DNA of 64,000 nucleotides from Squalus acanthias (taxonomy: Eukaryota), in NCBI GenBank assembly GCA_030390025.1, contig JASTWF010000034.1:5456001-5520000 (forward strand), read 5' to 3'. The first letter of the stretch is position 1, and the number at the start of each line of letters is the position of its first letter. Shown one piece after another: positions 58,916 through 64,000 of this stretch. The notes beneath the pieces are model-generated. The model saw only the letters and a program-made list of their open reading frames with translations, did no database searches and had not been told where the DNA came from. The position numbers were made by a program, and so were the translations under genes.

Positions 58916-61759
58916 ATTATTTTCTGGTCGCTGATCTAACAGTATGTGTGTGGGGGTCTAAATGAGCTCCTAGTGTCTGAACTAACAGTGCGTTTATGGC
59001 AGTCTGAATGTGATCTTGGTCTGTGATCTAACATTGTGTGTGTGCGAGTCTGATTGGGCTCCTGGTCTCTGAACAAACGCTGTGTGTGTGGGAGTCTTAA
59101 TGGGCTCCATGTTTCTGATCAATCAGTGTGTGTGTGGGTGTCTGAATGGGCTCCAATTCGCTGATCTTACACTGTGTGTTGGGATCTGAATAAGCTTTTG
59201 GTCTCTGATCTAACAGTGTGTGTGTGGGTGTCTGGAAGGGCTCCTTGTCTCTGATGTAACATTTTGTGTGTGGGAATCTGAATGGGCTCCTGGTCTCTGA
59301 TATAACAGTGTGTGTGTGGGAGTCTGAATGGGCTATTGGTCTCTGATCTAACATTGTGTGTATGGGAGTTTGAATGGACTCCTGGTATCTGATCTAACAG
59401 TGTGTGTGTGGGCGTCTATTTGGGCTATTGGTCTCTGATCAAACATTGTGTGTGTGGGTGTCATAAAGGGTTCCTGGTCCCTGATTTAACAGTGTGTGTG
59501 TAGGATTCAGAATGGTCTCCTGGTCTCTGATCTAACAGTGTGTGTGTGGGAGTCTGAATGGGCTCCTGGTCTATTATCTAACCGTGTCTGTGTTGGAGTC
59601 TGAATGAGCTCCTCGTCACTATAATAACAGTGTGTGTGTAGGACTCCGAATGGGCTCTTGGTCTCTGATCTAACAGTGTGTGTGTGGGATGCTGAATGGG
59701 CTCCTGGTCGCTAATCTAACAGTGTGTGTGGGAGTCTGAATGAGATGCTGCTATCTGATCCAAGAGTATATGTGTGGGAGTCTAAATGATCTCCTGTTCT
59801 CTGGTCTAACAGTGTGAGTGTGTGAATCTGAATGCGCTCCTGGTCTCTGATCTTACAGTTTGTGTGTGGGTGCCTGAATGGGCTCCTGCTCTCTGATCCA
59901 ACAGTGTGTGTGTGGCAATCTGAATGGTCTCCTGGTCTCTGATCTAACAGTTTGTGTGTGGAAATCTGAATGGGCTCCTGGTCTCTGATCTTTCATTGTG
60001 TATGTGAGAGTCTGAATGGTCTCCTGGTCCCTAATCTAACAGTGTGTGTGGGAGTCTCAATTAGCTACTGGTCTCTGATCTAACAGTGTGTTTGTGGCAG
60101 TCTGAATGAGTTGCTGGTCTCTGATCTACCAGTGTGTTGAGGAGTCCGAAAGGGTTCCTGGTCTCTGATTTAACAGTATTTGTATGGGAGTCTGAATGAG
60201 ATGCTGGTCTCTGTTCCAATAGTATATGAGTGGTACTCTGAATGCGCTCCTGGTCTCTGATCGAACAGAGTGTGTGTGGGATATGAATGAGCTCCTGGTC
60301 TCTGATCTAACAGTGTGTGGGTTGGTCTCTGAATGGGCTCATATTCTCTGATCTTACAGTTTGTGTGTGGGAGACTGAATGAGCTCCTGGTCTCTGATGT
60401 AACAGTTTGTGTGTGGGAGTCTGAATGAGCTCGTGGTCTCTGATCTAACAGTTTGTGTGTGGGTGTCTGAATGGGCTCCGGGTCTCTGATCAAACAGTGT
60501 GTGTGTGGCAGTCTGAATGGTCTCCTGATCTCTGATCTGACAGTGTGTGTGTGGGAATCTGAATGAGCTCCTGGTCTCTGATCATACACTGTGTGTGTGG
60601 GAGTCTGAAAGCGTTTCTGGTCTCTGATCTAGCAGTATGTGTGTGGGGGTCTGAATGAGCTCCTAGTGTCTGAACTAACAGTGCGTTTGTGGCAGTCTGA
60701 ATGTGATCTTGGTCTCTGATCTAACAGTGTGTGTGTGCGAGTCTGATTGGCCTCCTGGTCTCTGAACAAATGCTGTTTGTGTGGAAGTCTTAATGGGCTC
60801 CATGTTTCTGATCAAACAGTGTGTGTGTGGGTGTCTGAATCGGCTTCTAGTCTCTGATCTTACACTGTGTGTTGGGATCTGAATGAGCTTTTCGTCTCTG
60901 ATCTAACAGTGTGTGTGTGTGGGAGTCTGAATGAGCTCCTGGTCTCTTATCTAGCCGGTTGTGTGAGGAAGGCTGAATGAGCTCCTTGTCTCAGATCTAA
61001 CAGTGTGTTTGTGGGTGTCTGGAAGGGCTCCTTGTCTCTGATGTAACATTTTGTGTGTGGGAATCTGAATGAGCTCCTGGTCTCTGATCTAACAGTGTGT
61101 GTGTGGGAGTCTGAATGGGCTATTGATCTCTGATCTAACATTGTGTGTGTGGGAGTTTGAATGGACTCCTGGTTTCTGATCTAACAGTGTGTGTGTGGGC
61201 GTCTAATTGGGCTATTGGTCACTGATCAAACATTGTGTGTGTGGGTGTCAGAAAGGTTTCCTGGTCCCTGATTTAACAGTGTGTGTGTAGGACTCCGAAT
61301 GGGCTCCTGGTCTCTGATCTAACAGTGTGTGTGTGGGAGTCTGAATGGGCTCCTGGTCTCTTATCTAACAGTGTCTGTGTTGGAGTCTGAATGAGCTCCT
61401 CGTCACTGAAATAACAGTGTGTTTGTAGGACTCCGAATGGGCTCCTGGTCTCTGATCTAACAGTGTGTGTGTGGGAGTCTGAATGGGCTCCTGGTCTCTG
61501 ATCTAACAGTGTGTGTGTTGGAGTCTGAATGAGCTCCTGGTCACTGAAATAACAGTGTGTGTGTAGGAGTCCGATTGGGCTCCTGGTCTCTGTTCTAACA
61601 GTGTGTGTGTGGGAGTCTGAATGGGCTCCTAGTCTCTGATCTAACAGTGTGTGTGTAGGAGTCCGAATGTGCTCCTGGTCACTGAAATAACAGTGTGTGT
61701 GTAGCAGGCCGAATACGCTCCTGGTCTCTGATCTAACTGTGTGTGTGGGAATTGAATGT

Positions 61760-63260
61760 GTTCCTGGTCTCTGATCATACAGTGTGTGTGTGGGGGTCGG
61801 AATGGGCTCCTGGTCTCTGATCTAACAGTGTGTGTGTAGGAGTCCGAATGGGCACCTGGTCTCTGATCTAACAGTGTGTGTGTGAAAGTCTGAATGGGCT
61901 CCTGGTCTCTGATCTAACAGTGTGTATGAGTGGGAGTCTGAATGAGCTCCTGGTCTCTGATCTAACAGTGGATGTGTGGGAGTCTGAATGTGCTCCTGGT
62001 CTCTGATCTAACTGTGTGTTTGTGGGAGTCTGAATGTGTTCCTGATCTCTGATCTTACAGATTGTGTGTGGGAGTCTGAATGGGTTCCTGGTCTCTGATC
62101 TAACAGTGTGTGTGTGAAAGTCTGAGTGGGCTCCTGGTCTCTGATCTAACAGTGTGAGTGTGGCAGTGTGAATTTGCTCCTGATCTCTGATCTAACAGTG
62201 TGAGTGTGGGAGTGTGAAAGCGTTCCTGGTCTCTGATTTAACAGTGTGTGTGTGGGAGTCTGAATGTGATCCTGGTATATGAATGAACATTGTGTACGGG
62301 TGTCTGAATGAGCTCCTCGTCTCTAATCTAACAGTGTGTGTGGGAGTCTGAATTGGCTCCTGGGCTCTGATCTATCACTGTGTTTCTCGGAGATTGAATG
62401 AGCTCCTGCTCTCTGATCTGACAGTGTGTATGTCGGAGTCTGAATGAGCTCCTGATCTCTAATCGAACAGTGTGTGTGTGGGAGTCTGAATTAGCTACTG
62501 GTCTCTAATCTAACAGAGTGTTTGTGGGAGTCGGAATGAGATGCTGGTCTCTGATCCAATTGTATATGAGTTCTAGTCTGAATGCGCTCCTGGTCTCTGA
62601 TCGAACAGAGTGTATGTGGGAGCCTGAATGAGCCCCTGGTCTCTGATCTAACAGTGTGTGTGTGGGAGTCTGAATGGGTTCCTGGTCTCTGATCATACAG
62701 TGTGTGTGTGGGAGTCGGAATGGGCTCCTGGTCTCTGATCTAACAGTGTGTGTGTAGGAGTCCGAATGGGTACCTGGTCTCTGATCTAACAGTGTGTGTG
62801 TGAAAGTCTGAATGGGCTCCTGGTCTCTGATCTAACAGTGTGTATGAGTGGGAGTCTGAATGAGCTCCTGGTCTCTGATCTAACAGTGGATGTGTGGGAG
62901 TCTGAATGTGCTCCTGGTCTCTGATCTAACTGTGTGTTTGTGGGAGTCTGAATGAGTTCCTGATCTCTGATCTTACAGTATGTGTGTGGGAGTCTGAATG
63001 GGCTCCTGGTCTCTGATCTAACAGTGTGTGTGTGAAAGTCTGATTGGGCTCCTGGTCTCTGATCTAACAGTGTGAGTTTGGGAGTGTGAATTTGCTCCTG
63101 ATCTCTGATCTAACAGAGTGAGTGTGGGAGTGTGAAAGCGTTCCTGGTCTCTGATTTAACAGTGTGTGTGTGGGAGTCTGAATGTGATCCTGGTCTATGA
63201 ATGAACATTGTGTACGGGTGTCTGAATGAGCTCCTCGTCTCTAATCTGACAGAGTGTGTG
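61760..63260 (+). repeat. Local duplication within satellite A, offset 918 bp (20 monomers)
   Basis: GATCATACAG at 61773 and 62691. GAATGAACATTGTGTACGGG at 62281 and 63199. Confidence 0.8.
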
Positions 63261-64000
63261 GGAGTCTGAAACAGATGCTGGTCTCTGATCCAAGAGTATA
63301 TGTGTGGGAGTCTGATCTAGCTACAGGTCTCTGATCTAACAGTGTGTGTGTGGATGTCTGAATGTGCTCCTAGTCTCTGATATAACATTTCCGTGTGTGG
63401 GAGTCTGAATGGGCTCCTGGTCTCTGATCTAACAGTTTGTGTGTGGGAGTCTGAATGTGCTCCTAGTCTCTGATATAACATTTCCGTGTGTGTGAGTCTG
63501 AATGGGCTCATTGTCTCTGATCTAACAGTGGGTGTGTGGGAGTCTGAATGAGCTCCTGGTCTCTGATCTAACAGTGGACGTGGGGGAGTCTGATTGTGCT
63601 CCTGGTCTCTAATCTAACAGTGTGTGTGTGGGAGTCTGAATGAGCTCCTGGTCTCTGATCTAACAGTGGATGTGGGGGAGTCTGAATGTGCTCCTGGTCT
63701 CTAATCTAACAGTGTGTGTGTGGGAGTCTGAATGAGCTCCTGGTCTCTGATCTAACAGTGTGTATGTGTGGGAGACTGAATGAGCTCCTGGTCTCTGATC
63801 TAACAGTGTGTGTGTGGGAGTCTGAATGAGCCCGTGGTCTCTGATCTTTCAGTGTGTGTGTGGCAGTCTGAATGAGCTCCTGCTCTCTCATCTAACAGTG
63901 TGTTTGTGGGAGTCTGATTGAGATCCTGGTCTCTAATCGAACACTGTGTGTGTGGGAGTCTGAATGAGCTCCTGGTTCCTGATCTAACAGTGTGTGTGTG

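Larger units (their letters stand above)
1..64000 (+). repeat. Satellite A: ~46-bp tandem monomer array spanning the window, interrupted only by four satellite-B blocks and three LINE copies
   Basis: Consensus GGTCTCTGATCTAACAGTGTGTGTGTGGGAGTCTGAATG(A/G/T)GCTCCT recurs every 44-48 bp from base 1 to 64000. Length varies mostly by +/-2 in the (TG)n tract. Every monomer I saw has the same orientation (G+T-rich top strand), and the array runs off both window ends. Confidence 0.98.

Noticed and set aside
2736..63891. Many His/Thr-rich minus-strand ORFs (HTHTVRSETRS, LLDQRPGAHSDS) resembling zinc-finger or repeat proteins
   Set aside because: They are the three frames of the 46-bp monomer read in succession. 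CACA tracts give His/Thr. There is no C2H2 spacing and no selection for frame, since the unit is not a multiple of 3.
1..64000. Telomeric TTAGGG arrays, CENP-B boxes, tRNA, 5S or snRNA repeats
   Set aside because: None recognised by eye. A motif or covariance-model scan was not possible, so weak matches cannot be excluded.

Overview
Eukaryotic (vertebrate) satellite DNA with no functional gene. About 85% of the window is one head-to-tail tandem repeat, all on the same strand: a ~46-bp monomer (consensus GGTCTCTGATCTAACAGTGTGTGTGTGGGAGTCTGAATGRGCTCCT, 44-48 bp depending on TG count). It is organised into several independently amplified higher-order repeats (HORs): ~4.49 kb x ~4.7 (3.6-24.4 kb), 2.2 kb x ~2.8 (24.8-31.0 kb), 4.58 kb x ~2.8 (35.3-48.2 kb) and an older ~2.0-2.25 kb x ~3 (53.3-58.9 kb). 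Two other sequence types sit inside the array and were co-amplified with it. The first is four blocks of a CpG-rich 40/42-bp minisatellite that appears related to the main monomer. The second is three tandem copies of one 1,330-bp, 5'-truncated, dead CR1-clade LINE with a stem-loop and (TTTCTATG)3 tail. From recall, that 3' end resembles the HER1/CR1 elements of cartilaginous fish, which tentatively suggests a shark, ray or skate. Paralogous empty sites for the LINE insertion are visible in the same window. Apart from the LINE RT remnants, all ORFs in the track are repeat-translation artefacts. I found no evidence of a novel protein-coding system. The interest lies in repeat architecture and evolution. 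All comparisons were made by eye, without alignment tools.
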